A stretch of DNA of 30,418 nt. Source: Selaginella moellendorffii (lineage: Eukaryota; Plantae; Lycopodiophyta). The notes beneath the pieces were generated by a model. It was not told where the DNA came from and made no database searches. It saw only the letters and a program-made list of their open reading frames with translations. The translations under genes and the position numbers were made by a program. Below are positions 8,584-21,737 of this stretch, piece by piece (the stretch's first letter is position 1; each line of letters starts with the position of its first letter). The stretch lies in assembly GCF_000143415.4 (NCBI RefSeq), contig NW_003314471.1, forward strand, positions 23,553 to 53,970, written 5' to 3'.

Positions 8584-11500
8584 TAGACGAAGTTCGATGT
8601 CCTCATCGAACGGTAAACCCTTTCATAAAGTAACACTCGCATGTGTTACCATTTCCATCCTTAGCACCTAGCCAATATTTGTCTATGGTTTGACACCAAA
8701 GGCTCACCATGCCTTGTCCATCCTCTAAGGAGCATAGCCTCTCCAACTTAAAGGTTCACTTGACCACTTGCGGTGGTTCTCTCCTCTTATTGATTTAGTT
8801 CTCACTAAACCTGTTAGAGACACCTTCTCTAACTCGATCCCACTACCCGTTCTCGAGTGGTCTCACTTTCCAGCGCTATAACCCTTGCACTTTGGAACTT
8901 TTAATTCTGACTTCTCGAAGTCAATTTCTTAGGTGTCTCCAACACCTTGCATTGCACATATTGTGCAACTCCACTTCCTCATCCTAGGAAGTTCTCCACT
9001 TGAGGGCACCATCATCCTCTGTTCGATTTCATGCCACCTTTGGGCACCGAGTTCCAGTTATCATATTTTGTGCTAGGGCTGTCCACGGCCCTATATTTTG
9101 GCTACTTTGCCGCTCCCTCACTTGGAGCTTTTACTTCGCCAAATTGGAGCACTTAGGAATCCATCCTTGGAAGTCCACTTCCTTTCCCGCAACCCGTTAG
9201 CATCAAACACATTAGTGTTCCTTGGCTAACTTTGCCATTTGGGATCCCTTCTATTAAATTCCATGGCCCAAACTTGGCCACTAGTCCTTTGCTTCTATCC
9301 TTGATTGTTGCACCCAGCAACATAGGATCGCTACCTCCATTTTTTAGGTATCCGTTTGTTTCCATAGCAAAGACTCTTCTTTGCCAAGTCCGGAGGATGT
9401 TCACCCCTAGTATGTCTCTTTAGCATCTTCTGCTATGGGCTTTATCCACGGCCCAACTTCGTGACCCTCCCATGGGTCTCTTATAGAGACTACTTTCCTT
9501 GGACTCACTATGCCATCACACGGACATAGTTTATTTCCTTTAGGTGCTCTTCCCACTTGGTCATCTTAACCAAGCCACACCACCTTAAACAGTTCAATTT
9601 CAACATTTTGAACCAGGAACTTCATTCCTTAGCCAACCAAGGACCTTGTCCTTATTTGGCCATAAGATCACCTAATGATCTCACCTTGGCACCTTAACAG
9701 AGTTGAGAAGAGGTACTTGGTTTCCTAGACCTTCAAGTTGTTAACTATAACCCCAGGGGCATCCCCCACACTTGGCGGTGCACCCAAGCCAGCCCTTACG
9801 GCCAAGGGTTCATAGCAATTGAGATTAGGTGTCCCCATCTCACTCACCACGTCCTTGGTGCCACTTGCACCAAAGCGTTCAAGTTAGATATGCCGAGCTT
9901 TCACACTAAGCAATCTAACCGTGCATCACGACTCCGAGGCATCCCTCGCTTGGCGGTGTGCCCAAACCAGTCTCCCCACTGAGAGTCCATGACCACCGAA
10001 ATATGAGTGTCCTCATATTCCAAACCATCACCACACCCTAGTGAGTTGGGACTCGAACCCAAGTACTAGAGGGTCGGGACTCGAACCCAACCTCCGTATA
10101 TGCATCTACGGACGGCATCACACAAGATGCCTGGCGTGACTTCCCACGCTGGTGCACCAACTCATATTTAAAGCGCGCTACAGATCACAGCTTAGGAACC
10201 TAGTTCCTCCGCACTGCCAAGTCCTCTCAATTGACAAGCTTGTGATCATGCATGGACTCCTCCATGCTCGACCCCATGGGCCACCCTTTTGAAGTTGGCT
10301 CCTTCAACTAGGGTATTCATTCCCTCTGACTTGCCAATCTCACTTAGCAAGTCATCCGGCCACCGTAACATGGTTCATGCATAAGCGTGAAAGTCCTTAA
10401 CCATCGACTTTCGTTCAAAGCCCTCTCTTTGAACACTTGGGAACTACTTCCCTAACCTTGATAGCCTTGCCTCATGGCAAGCTTCAAGACCACGTTTCTG
10501 CTGCGCCACTCTAATTTCGCGCGTTCCATGAACCATTTACACTTGGCCTTTCTAGGTACTAAGCTACCTAGAATCGTCTTTAGGAACCTTGAAGGAACTC
10601 TGTCCCTTAGCTTGCTAAGGCCTCCCTTTTCGCAAGCTTTATAGTCGCCATATAGTCTAACATGGACAATTCCATATTTTAGACTCTCCATGGCATCACG
10701 GTTGCTAGCAGCAACATCCTCGAGCACCCTCTTGATCCTCCACTCCCAACTTGCATAACTATCGTTGGATATGCCCTTCGATTTCTATGGTTCAGTTCCA
10801 TCCCAATACTACTTGCTTTTTGGCCCCCTATGATTCTTTTGATTATTCTCCTCTAGGCTAGGAGGATAGCTTTGCACATTTTACTATGCCTTAGCAAGTA
10901 TTCTTAGGGATGAACCTACCCGATAGCCTAGGGAGTGGTTCCTCAATCTGGGGCATGCTCACCTTATAATCCCACACATCGGGATTAACATTGCTGCTTA
11001 TGGGCCTTTACATGCCCATCACTAGCCTTGCCAAAATTCAAGTTTTGGCTCTGTCCAATTCGGGTAGACAGTCTTCCCCTGTCTCCACAACCTTGGACAT
11101 TTGGATAGCACCTACTATCCATCATTTGCTAGGGACTTAGTCCCTTGGGCTTTATCTATTGCCCTTGCGACACGAAACACCACCTCCTGGTGTTCTAGAG
11201 TGTTTGGGTGTCCCAATGATGGCCTCCTGACCATGAGCATTCCCGTTTACGACATTGACTTCCAGCATTTTAGACTTTGCTAATCCAACGACCTGCAAGG
11301 TCTTAACCTTCGAGGTGCCAACTCGCTAGAATACAACTTCTTGTATTCAGGTCCTGCTTACAAGGACCATCTTTGCAAGTGTTACTTCGACACTTGATTT
11401 GTTCTCTTGGGGCAATCTTTTGCCCCTTAGGACCACTTGTCCATGTGATGAGACTACCAACTCATCCTCTGAGTACACCCCCAACTCCTTGGGTTGTTCC

Positions 11501-11970
11501 AACATTTACTAGAGGTAGCCCTGGCTACCACTTCAAGGACTCGTGTCCTCGCCCATGCTTGACCTCTCACGGTCATCCATTCCGGTCTCACCTTCATGAG
11601 CACCAGCCTCGACTATGTGAGGATAATCTTGTGACTCCTTTATGATTTTGGAGTCTCTATCTTCCCCGTGATCCCGACTATAGTTGTTTACCACAACTAC
11701 CTTAGCAAATTGGATGAGCCAAATGCTCATCCGGATCACATCCTCAACTCAATGAGAAAAGCCTTGCACTGTTCCCAAGATCCCAAAGTCGTTCCATTAT
11801 TGGCCCTTTTCTATCCACCACCTCATCTACAAGTTCACACATGAACTGTAATGGAGAGCCATGTCTTCCCGACTTGCTACTCCTCAAGGATAGGCCCACT
11901 CCTCGGACCTTCCGATGCCAACACTAGTGGTGATATACTTGAGCACCAATAAAAGTCAGACTAAGGAACA

Positions 11971-11982
11971 GCTCCAATACCA
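11971..11982 (-). promoter_or_regulatory. Primer binding site of element C (initiator tRNA-Met type)
   Basis: Minus strand TGGTATTGGAGC, 3 nt after the LTR; canonical plant iMet PBS is TGGTATCAGAGC. Confidence 0.85.
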
Positions 11983-11985
11983 AGT

Positions 11986-13699
11986 TGTAAGCGACTAATT
12001 TTTCCATTTTACTTTAGTCACTTAACCGCACCTCCGACCCCTTGGAGGAGTCTCATTCACAACCTCCATAAGTCCCAGTTAGGACTTGGGGTATGCTAGC
12101 CCCAAGAATGGCATCTCTGCCACTCAACCTTTGCACTTGGTCCAAGTGCTCCACGTGTCTGATCCCATGACCGACACCCCAAGGTACCACCGACATATCG
12201 GCCCGTTACGCTAAGGCCATGTCCATTCACCTTGGTCACATTGGTGGTCCAACACCACCTGCATTCCAAACCCGTCTCTCAACGACTTGGTCATCCGTCT
12301 ATGAGGGATCATCCCAGATCCACTCCTTAACATCCTTAGGATGCCTATAGACAAGGGGAATAGCCTTCCCCAATATCTCCGTTCCGGTCCCCACCAAGTC
12401 CCTTTCTGTCCTTGGCCGTGTTCGCCAACACTGCCACTGGATCAAGGCCCACCGGCCCAACCACTAAGTCCCTCTATCCTCTAGGACTGCTTCACCGTGT
12501 GACTGTGTCCTTGGTCACCACACCAGAGGGCTACTCCTCTTTCTTTCCACAGCCTGGGACTCTGGGACACCATTTCGGAACACCGTGGCCCTACGCAGGC
12601 CTCATGGGTACTCTCCTCGCCTTCCGCCTTTGGGTGCTCTAGCCATGGGCTTAGAGCGAGGTTCCATTGAGCCACGACAGGTATCCAAGTAGGTAGTGCC
12701 ACCCACACTTGGACTGGGAGCATCGGCCAGTCGATCTCCCGGGGGAACTAGAGCCGGCTCTTGAACACTTCACCAAGCTACCCCGCTTGTCGGCTTGTGT
12801 TCACTCTAGTCTTGGACTTCCCAGTGGGCAGCTCATCACCCAACACTGCGTCCGGCCTTCCTGGGCTAAACTGGCCTTTCCTGGCCAAACTGGCTCCACT
12901 GCAGTCCTCCCCCTTACTATACTTTTGGAGCTCACCAAACCCCCCAGGGTCTGGGAGACGAACGCTTTGGGCTTTCACCCTCTCAAACTCGAACTCGGAC
13001 TCGGACTCGGACTCGGACTCGGACTCGGACTCGGACTCGGACTTGGGCTCGGGCTCGGTCTCGGCCTCGGTCTTGGTCTCGGTCCCGGTCTTGGTCCCGG
13101 TCTCGGTCCCGGTCTTGGTCCCGGTCTCGGTATCAACTTCGGACTCCATCTCGGGTCCATCTCGGACTCCATCTCGGCTCCATCTCGGACTCCAACTCGG
13201 GTCCATCTCGGACTCCATCTCGGGTCCATCTCGGGTCCATCTCGGACTCCATCTCGGACTCCATCTCGGGTCCATCTCGGGTCCATCTTGGACTCCATCT
13301 TGGGTCCATTTCGGGTCCATCTCGGACTCCATCTCGGGTCCGTCTCGGACTCAATCTCGGATCCATCTCGGGTCCACCTTGGACTCCACCTCGGACTCCA
13401 TCTCGGGGTCCTTCTCGGACTCCACTTCAGACTCCACTTCGGACTCCAACTCGAGTCCATCTCGGACACTTCCACGTGTCATGTGTTAATCCTTTTTGGG
13501 TCCCTTTTTGGAGCCTCGCCTATGGCTCGCTTCGTGCTCATTCCTCAAGCACTTCATTAGGAGTTCCACTCCCGCTCTTGATTTTTCAAGTCGGAGCTTT
13601 TGGTCCAAACGTGTTACGCTCATTTGACTCTCGCTTTGGCCACTAGCACGTGGCGCCCTTTCGGCTCCACTTTGGGGCCTAGGGATTTTGTGTCTCACA
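11986..13699 (-). repeat. 5' LTR of element C
   Basis: Direct repeat of 6813-8570, adjacent to the PBS. Confidence 0.95.
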
Positions 13700-13704
13700 A
13701 AGGG

Positions 13705-13908
13705 CAAGGACGTGGTCGTGGCCATGACGTTTGCTGTTGGGCATGTGATGAAGTTGGGCATACCTATTGCCATTGTTGGCATTTTTCGGATTGGCAACCT
13801 TCATTTCCTGGGTGGAGACCTTGGCATCAACATCCTCCTGTTGGTGTTGTTGTAGTGGAAGGTCTAGACACTGCAATACATCTGGGAAACGAAAAGTTGT
13901 GCGAGTAA
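13705..13908 (+). pseudogene. gag: gag of element B, 3' part with CCHC zinc knuckle
   Basis: Removing C and one TSD restores in-frame GQGQGRGRGHDVCCWACDEVGHTYCHC; ends G GGA AAC (13884-13890) then TAA 13906-13908. Confidence 0.8.
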
Positions 13909-14039
13909 TGGAGGGACCTTGTGCGAATAATTTAGTGACCCCTTCATCTTTCTTTCGGGAGTATCATTAAGAGGTTCACTCAGCATCGGTTCATCCAGTG
14001 TTTATTTTCCAAACTCGTTTTTATAATAAAAGGTCTCCT

Positions 14040-16344
14040 TTAATTCTCTCTATATTGGTTGATACAGATTCGAGTTTATCTTCTATTGCTCAACCTATTG
14101 CCACAAGTTGGCGTTTACACTTGCGTCGTGCGGCATAACCAGTTTTCATTCTTTATAGCAACGGCCGTACATATGCATGTGCACGGGATGAGGCGGACCT
14201 GGTTGTGCGTGTTTGTGAGCTTGAGTTGCAATCCTTGTAGGTGGTGCTGAGTCAAGCTTTTGACCTCATCCTTGGTATGAATTGGTTGCAGCGCAATCAT
14301 GCCAAATGTGACTTTGAGGCTTCTCCCCCTTGTTTCATACTTCCTTATGTTTCATCCATTCCTCTCACTTTTGTACCTCTTCGTCCCTTTATTTCTACTT
14401 CTGCTTCCATTACTTTTGTTTCCCCATTATTTCCTCCTATATTTCCATCTTGTTCTTCTCTTCCCTTTTCCAGTCCCTTCAACAATCTTTGTGTTGCAGA
14501 GGTTGACCAGCTCATAAAGGAGTATTTTAATCTCTTTGACTTTGACACATCGTCTAGGGCCAAGATTGCCACATGTCATCCGATTCCAAATGGGGATGCT
14601 CGTTTAATCAAGGTTCCTGTTCGTTGTCGGTCACCAAAGAGATCAAGATTTTACGCGCAAATGTTAAGGAAATGTTAGAGAAGTGTGTTATTCGGAAGTC
14701 GCAATGTCTTTGGGTATGTGAACCTTATCTTGTGACAAAGCCTGATGGGAGTATTCGTTTATGCATCGACTATCATCCGTTAAACAAAGTAACGATCCCA
14801 GATGTGTACCCTTTTCTTCACACTACTGATCTCTTGGATTGTCTAAAGCAAAGTCATTAGTTCACCAAGCTAGATCTTGCTTTTGGGTATTGGCAAGTAC
14901 CAATGGCCGAAGAAGATATTCCTTAGACTGCTTTTTGTATACCATTTGGATTGTATGAGTTCTTGGTGATGCCATTTGGTTTGAACAATGCTCCAACAAC
15001 TTTCCAACCGATGATGGACGAGGTCCTTTGCGATATGCTGGAGGTGACTGCTAACTTCATTGATGATGTCTTGATCCACTCGGAGGGGACATGGGAGGAG
15101 CATGTTCGTGATGTTCGTAAAGTGTTGGATTGGCTACGGGACGTTGGTTTAAAGCTGAAGTGGTCAAAGTGCGTGTTTGGTTCCAAGGACACAACTTATC
15201 TTGGGTACTATATTTCTTATGAGGGTTTGCAAATTGATCTTAACAAACTTGTGGCTATTCTAAAGTTCCCTACTCTGAAGTGTGTAAATGATGTGTAGTG
15301 CTTCTTGGGCAAGGTGCAGTATCTCAGTCGCTTTGTGGATCATCTTTTTGATCGCACTGCACCATTGCAAGCGTTGTTGGAGTCATCAACATCATCTTTC
15401 ATCTGGATTGTCAGCAGGCATTCATGGATCTCAAAGAGCTATTGACGACTCCTCCAGTTTTGGCATATCCTGACTATACTCGACCTTTTATTTTGCACGT
15501 GGATGCTTTTGACATTGGAGTTAGAGGAGTGTTGATGCAAGAAAGCTTGAGTGTGCCTTGTCAATGCCATCCCATTGTGTATATAAGCCATACATTATAA
15601 CCAGCGGAGATGAACTACTCCACGATAGAGAAGGAGTGTTTAGCAACACTCTGGGGTTTTGAGAAACTTCAGGCATATCTACATGGTTCTCGGACGTTAC
15701 TTGAAGGTGACCATACTGCCGTCACTTGATTAGTGAAACGGAAGAACTTCGTTAGTTGTACTGCTAGGTGGGTATATGGGACATCATCGTGTAACTGAGA
15801 AGCTGCGCAGGTTTTCTATTGGCCGAAGATGCGGCGTGATATTATCTAGTATGTGCATAGTTGCATTTGGTGCCAAACTCGTAATATTCCCCCTCGTGTC
15901 GTGGAAAGACGGTTGGAGTCAATTACAATTTCCCATCCATTTGAGTTGGTGGAATTTGATCTTATGGGACCTTTTCCACGGTCGGTTGCTCGCAATGAGT
16001 ATGTTATTATTGTTTTTGACTACTCGACTCGTTGGGTGGAAGTTGGTGCTCTTGCTAGCACCTTTGCAACTGTTGTTGGATACTTCCTCCTCAATCAAGT
16101 GGTGTTCCAACATTCTTGTCTAAAGCAGATTCTTTCGGATAATGGTTGCACATTTATAGCTGAGGCATTTCATGTTCTGACATCTCAGTTGGGGATATGT
16201 CACACTTTCACGAGTGATTATCATCCATAATCAGACGGTTTAGAGGAACGGCTTGTTCGGACATTCAAAAGGATGATTGCAAAGTATATAAACTTTTAGC
16301 ATTTGGATTGGGATGGTTATTTGCCATCTCTTCGGTATACATAT
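14040..16344 (+). pseudogene. pol: pol of element B (PR, RT, RH, partial INT), heavily decayed
   Basis: ILVDTD, FDLILGMNWL, KPDGSIRLCIDY, MPFGLNNAP, FIDD, HVDAFDIG, YSTIEKECLA, SCIWCQ, FDLMGP, SDNG, YHP; many stops and frameshifts; RH-INT linker looks deleted near 15775. Confidence 0.9.
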
Positions 16345-16850
16345 TGTGAGACACAAAATCCCTAGGCCCCAAAGTGGAGCTGGAAGGGTGCCATGTGGTA
16401 GTGGCCGAAGCGAGAGCCAAACGAGCGTAACACGTTTGGACCAAAAGCTCCGACTTGAAAAGTCAAGAGCGGGAGTGGAACTCCCAACGAAGTGCTCGAG
16501 GAATGAGCACGAAGCGAGCAAAAAGCGAGGCTCCAAAAAGGGACCCATAAAGGACCAACACATGACATGTGGAATTGTCCGAGATGGACTCGAGTTGGAG
16601 GCCGAGATGGAGTCCGAGATGGAGTCCGAGATGGAGTCCAAGATGGAGTCCGAGAAGGAGTCCGAGGTGGACCCGAGATGGACCCGAGATGGAGTCCGAG
16701 ATGGACCCGAGATGGAGTCCGAGATGGACCCGAAATGGAGTCCAAGATGGACCCGAGATGGAGTCCGAGATGGACCCGAGATGGAGTCCGAGATAGAGTC
16801 CGAGATGGACCCAAGATGGAGTCCGAAGTCCAGACCGAGTCCGAGACCGG

Positions 16851-16882
<32 letters not shown>

Positions 16883-17985
16883 TCGGGACTGAGACCGAGA
16901 CCGAGGCCGAGACCGAGCCCGAGCCCGAGTCCGAGTCCGAGTCCGAGTCCAAGTCCGAGTCCGAGTCCGAGTCCGAGTTCGAGTCTAAGAGGGTGAAAGC
17001 CCAAAGCGTTCGTCTCCCAGACCCTGGGGGGTTTGGTGAGCTTCAAAAGCATAGTAAGGGGGAGGACTGCAGTGGAGCCAGTTTGGCCAGGAAAGGCCAG
17101 TTTAGCCCAGGAAGGCCGGACCCAGTGTTGGGTGATGAGCTGCCCACTGGGAAGTCCAAGACTAGAGTGAACACAAGCCGACAAGCAGGGTAGCTTGGTG
17201 AAGTGTTCAAGAGCCGGCTCTAGTTCCCCCGGGAGATCGACTGGCCGATGCTCCCAGTCCAAGTGTGGGTGGCACTACCTACTTGGATACCTGTCGTGGC
17301 TCAATGGAACCTCGCTCTAAGCCCATGGCTAGAGCACCTAAAGGCGGAAGGCGAGGAGAGTACCCATGAGGCCCGCGTAGGGCCACGGTGTTCCAAAATG
17401 GTGTCCCAAAGTCCCAGACTGTGGAAAGGAAGAGGGGTAGCCCTCTGGTGGGGTGACCAAGGACACAGTCACACAGTGAGGAAGTCCTAGAGGATAGTGG
17501 GACTTAGTGGTCGGGCCGGTGGGCCTTGATCCAGTGGCAGTATTGGCGAACACAGCCAAGGACAAAAAGGGACTTGGTGGGGACCGGAACAGAGATATTG
17601 GGGAAGGCTATTCCCCATGTCTGTAGGCATCCTAAAGACGTTAAGGAGTGGATCTTGGATGATCCCTCATGGACGGATGACCCAGTCTTTGAGAGACGGG
17701 ATGGGAATGCAGGTGGTGTTGGACCATTGGTGTGACCAAGGTGAATAGGTATGGCCTTAGCGTAATGGGCCGATATGTCGGTGGTACCTTGGGGTGTCAA
17801 TCATGGGATCGGACACGTGGAGCATTTAGACCAAGTGCAAAGGTTGAGTGGCATGGATACCATTCTCGGGGCTAGCAAGCCCCAAGTCCTAATTGGGACT
17901 TATGGATGTTGTGAATGAGACTCCTCCAAGTGGTCGGAGGTGTGGTTAAGTGACTAAAGTAAAATGGAAAAATTAGTCGCTTACA
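16345..17985 (+). repeat. 5' LTR of element D
   Basis: TGTGAGACAC...GTCGCTTACA, inverted homolog of the C LTRs. Confidence 0.95.
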
Positions 17986-17988
17986 ACT

Positions 17989-18000
17989 TGGTATCGGAGC
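17989..18000 (+). promoter_or_regulatory. Primer binding site of element D (initiator tRNA-Met type)
   Basis: TGGTATCGGAGC, 3 nt after the LTR end. Confidence 0.88.
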
Positions 18001-20181
18001 TGTTCCTTAGTCCAACTTTTATTGGTGCTCAAGTATATCACCACTAGTGTTGGCATTGGAAGGTCCGAGGAGTGGGCCTATCCTTGAGGAGTAGCAAGTC
18101 GGGAAGACATGGCTCTCCATTACAGTTCATGTGTGAACATATAGACGAGATGGTGGATAGAAAAGGGCCAATAATGGAACGACTTTGGGATCTTGGGAAC
18201 AGTGCAAGGTTTTCCTCATTGAGTTGAGGATGTGATCTGGATGAGCATTTGGCTCAGCCAATTGGCTAAGGTAGTTGTGGTAAACAACTATAGTTGGGAT
18301 CACGGGGAAGATAGAGACTCTAAAACAATAAAGGAGTCACAAGATTATCCTCACATAGTTGAGGCTAGTGCTCATGAAAGTGAGATCAGAATGGATGACC
18401 GTGAGAGGTCAAGCATGGGCGAGGACACGAGTCCTTGAAGTGGTAGCCAAGGCTACCTCTAGTAAATGCTGGAACAACCCAAGGAGTTGGGGGGTGTATT
18501 TAGAGATGAGTTGGTATTCTCATCACATGGACAAGTAGTCCTAAGGGGCAAAGATTGGCCCCAGAAAACAAAATCAAGTGTCAGAGTAACACTTGTGCGA
18601 ATAGTCCTTGTGAGTAGGACGTGAATGCAAGAAATGTATTCCAGTGAGCTAGTGCCTCACAAGTAGGACCTTACGGGTCTGTGAATTAACCAAGTCCAAA
18701 ACTGCTGGATGACTCAAGTAGAGTCAAGGGATGGTCCTAAAAAAACTGATGGAAGCATTTGGACTGAGGTGTGTTGTACTCCACAAAGGATGGGGGGGGA
18801 TCATAGGATCCAATGATGAGAACAGAGGGTATCTCATCGATGGCAAAATGTGCCATGCTAAAGTTATGGGAAAGGTGTTCCCAGAAGAAAACAACTTTGA
18901 CACAAAGTTGTGTGTGACCTCTATGGTGCAGTGCTAACGAATGGTTGGCATGAGAAAGAGTGGTGTTGGTCTTGGCAAAGACTTAGACACAAAGGGGAAG
19001 TGTCATAGAGGTAGGCTCGTGGAGCCGATGGTGTGGAGACACCAAATGTGCCAAGGTGTGATACCTTGAGGCTATGTTGGTGGGTTCATGAGAACCCCTT
19101 GCCAAAGGAATCCCAATGGAAATAGGAATGGCATAGCCTAAGCTGTAGAGCATGTAGTTGGAGTGTGGTGACCCAGATAATGATGGAGGTGTGAAAGCAC
19201 CAAGCAATGAATTGTAGGACTTGACAACTATGAGGCAACTAAGCAAGAGGTGCAAGATAATTGGTTAAATGGGTAGAAGGTAGCTACCCAAGACTTTTTA
19301 ATGGCATAAGGAAGTTAGATATACCCTTACGGGGGATAAATTGCTTATGTTGCGATATAGTAAGTCAATGTCATAAATGGGAATGCTCATTGTCAGGAGG
19401 CCATCATTGGGACACCCAAACACTCTAGAACACCAGGAGGTGGTGTTTCGTGTCGCAAGGGCAATAGATAAAGCCCAAGGGACTAAGTCCCTAGTGAATG
19501 ATGGATAATAGATGCTATCCAAATGTCCAAGGTTGTGAAGACAGAAGAAGACTGTCTACCCGAATTGGACAAAGCCAAAAAAGGAATTTTGGCAAGGCTA
19601 GTGATGGGTATGTAAATGCCCATAAGCAACAATGTAATCCCAGTGTGTAGGATTATAAGGTGAGCATACCCGGATTGAGGAACCACTCCTTGGGCTATTG
19701 GGTAGGTTCATCCCTAAGAATACTTGCTAAGGCATGATAGAAAGTGCAAAGCTATCCTCCTAGTCTGGAGGAGAATGACCAAAGGAAAGGTGTGAAGCCA
19801 AAAGCAAGAAGTAAGGGGATGGAACCGAACCATAGGAATCGAAGGGCATAACCAAGGTTGGTTATGCCAGCTGGGAGTGGAGAATCAAGTGGGGGCTCGA
19901 GGGTGTTGCCGCTAGCAACCGTGATGCCATGGAGAGTCTAAAATATGGAATTGTCCATGTTAGACTATATGGTAATTGGAAAGTTTGCAAAAAGGGGGGG
20001 CCTTAGCAAACTAAGGGACAGAGTTCCTTCAAGGTTCCCAAAGAGGATTCTAGGTAGCTTAGTACCTAGAGAGGCCAAGCGTAAATGGTTCAAGGAACGC
20101 GCGAAATCAGAGTGGCGCAGTAGAAGCGTGGTCTTGAAGCTTGCCATGAGGCGAAGCTATCAAGGTTGGGGAAGTAGTTCC

Positions 20182-20205
20182 ATGCTCTATTTCGTTAAAG
20201 TGGGA
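20182..20205 (+). repeat. Left TIR of element E
   Basis: ATGCTCTATTTCGTTAAAGTGGGA. Confidence 0.9.
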
Positions 20206-21737
20206 TTTATTCAGTAAAATGGGACTAGGTACAAATTTTCAAGTATTTGAAAATGACGTGAAATTATATGTTTCTTGTGCAGGGGCTAGACATATCTGGG
20301 GCATGGTGACTAGCGCGGTGACTTTATGTCCAGACTAAGTCCATCTGGTTGTATAATAAATCTCATTGTCAAGGTGAACAAGCCGAATCTGAAGCTAAAG
20401 AAGAGCAATGGCATGCGCGCACACACTATTTGTTTGTTCATTGAGCATGTGGTGAGCTTTCCAAGATGAACGTCATTCCTATTAGCCAAACATATAACTT
20501 AATGGTGAGAACATTTAGATATTATTCAATGTTATCTTTTTCTAACGAATCTAATTGTGAAGGTATAGCAAGAGGCATTGCTAGTCTGGAGAAGTCATTT
20601 AACTCATTTGACCCTTAGTGTATTTTCATGAAACTAAATAACATTCATATTATTAAGGAATTTCTCTAGTACCTTTTTTTTACGACATAGAGGCTTGCAT
20701 TTCTTTCAAAGGTGATTTAGTAAAAGGCCTGAGGGCACATGCCATTCTATTTCTCAGATCGGTATTAAGATATACTAGTGCAAAGGGAAAAAGGTATTTG
20801 GTGATCAAGTAAATGGCATGAGGGCACACGCCATTATAAGCCTAAGCGCTAGTGGACACCTCCTTTTTGGTACTCTCAGCGGTACTATCATCCTTCTCCG
20901 GGTCAGTTGTTTTGCTTTGGATTGTTGTCTCTGACGTTACTAGGGCGTTCTCGATAGTTGTTAATGTTGCCGTTTGTTCAGAAAAATGATCACCTGGAGT
21001 ATATTACGGGGAGTTTGGAAGACTTATATATTCTACATCTTCACCTATCTCCTTCTCCGTCTCCTTTTCTGCCTCACTTACAGATTTTGTGCTTGCCATG
21101 AGGACGCTCTTCACCCTAAAATATGGAGTTCGTTGTGTTATAAAAGGAAACCAACACACACGCTGCAAGGGAATGATGGTACATAAAGCACGTAAGCCCA
21201 CAATATGGGTTTATGTGCCATTAATATGGGCCACACGCCATATTATGAGATTTATGCACGTGTGATTGGTAAATACATATGTCACATCATCTTTGTTTTA
21301 CCTCACACACTATATCAAGCCTAATGAACCATATCATATGTGCGCACATGCTATATATATGGAGAAGTATTATGCAAGGATAGAAATTCAATGCATGATT
21401 GTGGAGAGCAATGGCATGAAGCCACATGCTAAATAACATTTTAGAGAAAGAATTAAAATAGAAACATGCAAACAGTACTGAGTGGACCAAGATTTAGAAG
21501 TGCACAATTGAATGAGGTATTTCTAATAAATATTTCACTCACCTCATATAGGAATGGCTACCACTCTCAAATGGCGTATCGCCTCATGCCATCACCTCGC
21601 AATTTATTATAACAATCCGATGAATTCATATTCGGCTTGTTCACCTTGAACTTTAAGTAAGATTTGCTAGAACAACTAAGAATTTATACTTGTTATTTGT
21701 ACCATCTCACCTAGGAATGGCGTAAGGCCACATGCCA

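Larger units (their letters stand above)
6813..13699 (-). mobile_element. Element C: complete non-autonomous LTR retroelement (LARD-like)
   Basis: Two ~1.7 kb LTRs with TG...CA ends, 5-bp TSD AAGGG (6808-6812 and 13700-13704), minus-strand PBS and PPT, 3.4 kb interior with no recognisable pol motifs. Confidence 0.92.
5813..16344 (+). mobile_element. Element B: old degenerate Ty3/Gypsy retrotransposon, interrupted by C and truncated here by D
   Basis: Possible LTR end (..CTCACA, 5886) and PBS, then gag, zinc knuckle, PR, RT, RH and INT remnants in Gypsy order with many stops and frameshifts. Confidence 0.85.

Noticed and set aside
9757-10035. Diverged ~90-bp direct repeat, possibly decayed zinc knuckles on the minus strand
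   Set aside because: Too degenerate to support a CCHC call
10040-10130. tRNA gene
   Set aside because: Only T-arm-like hairpins; no acceptor, D or anticodon arms identified
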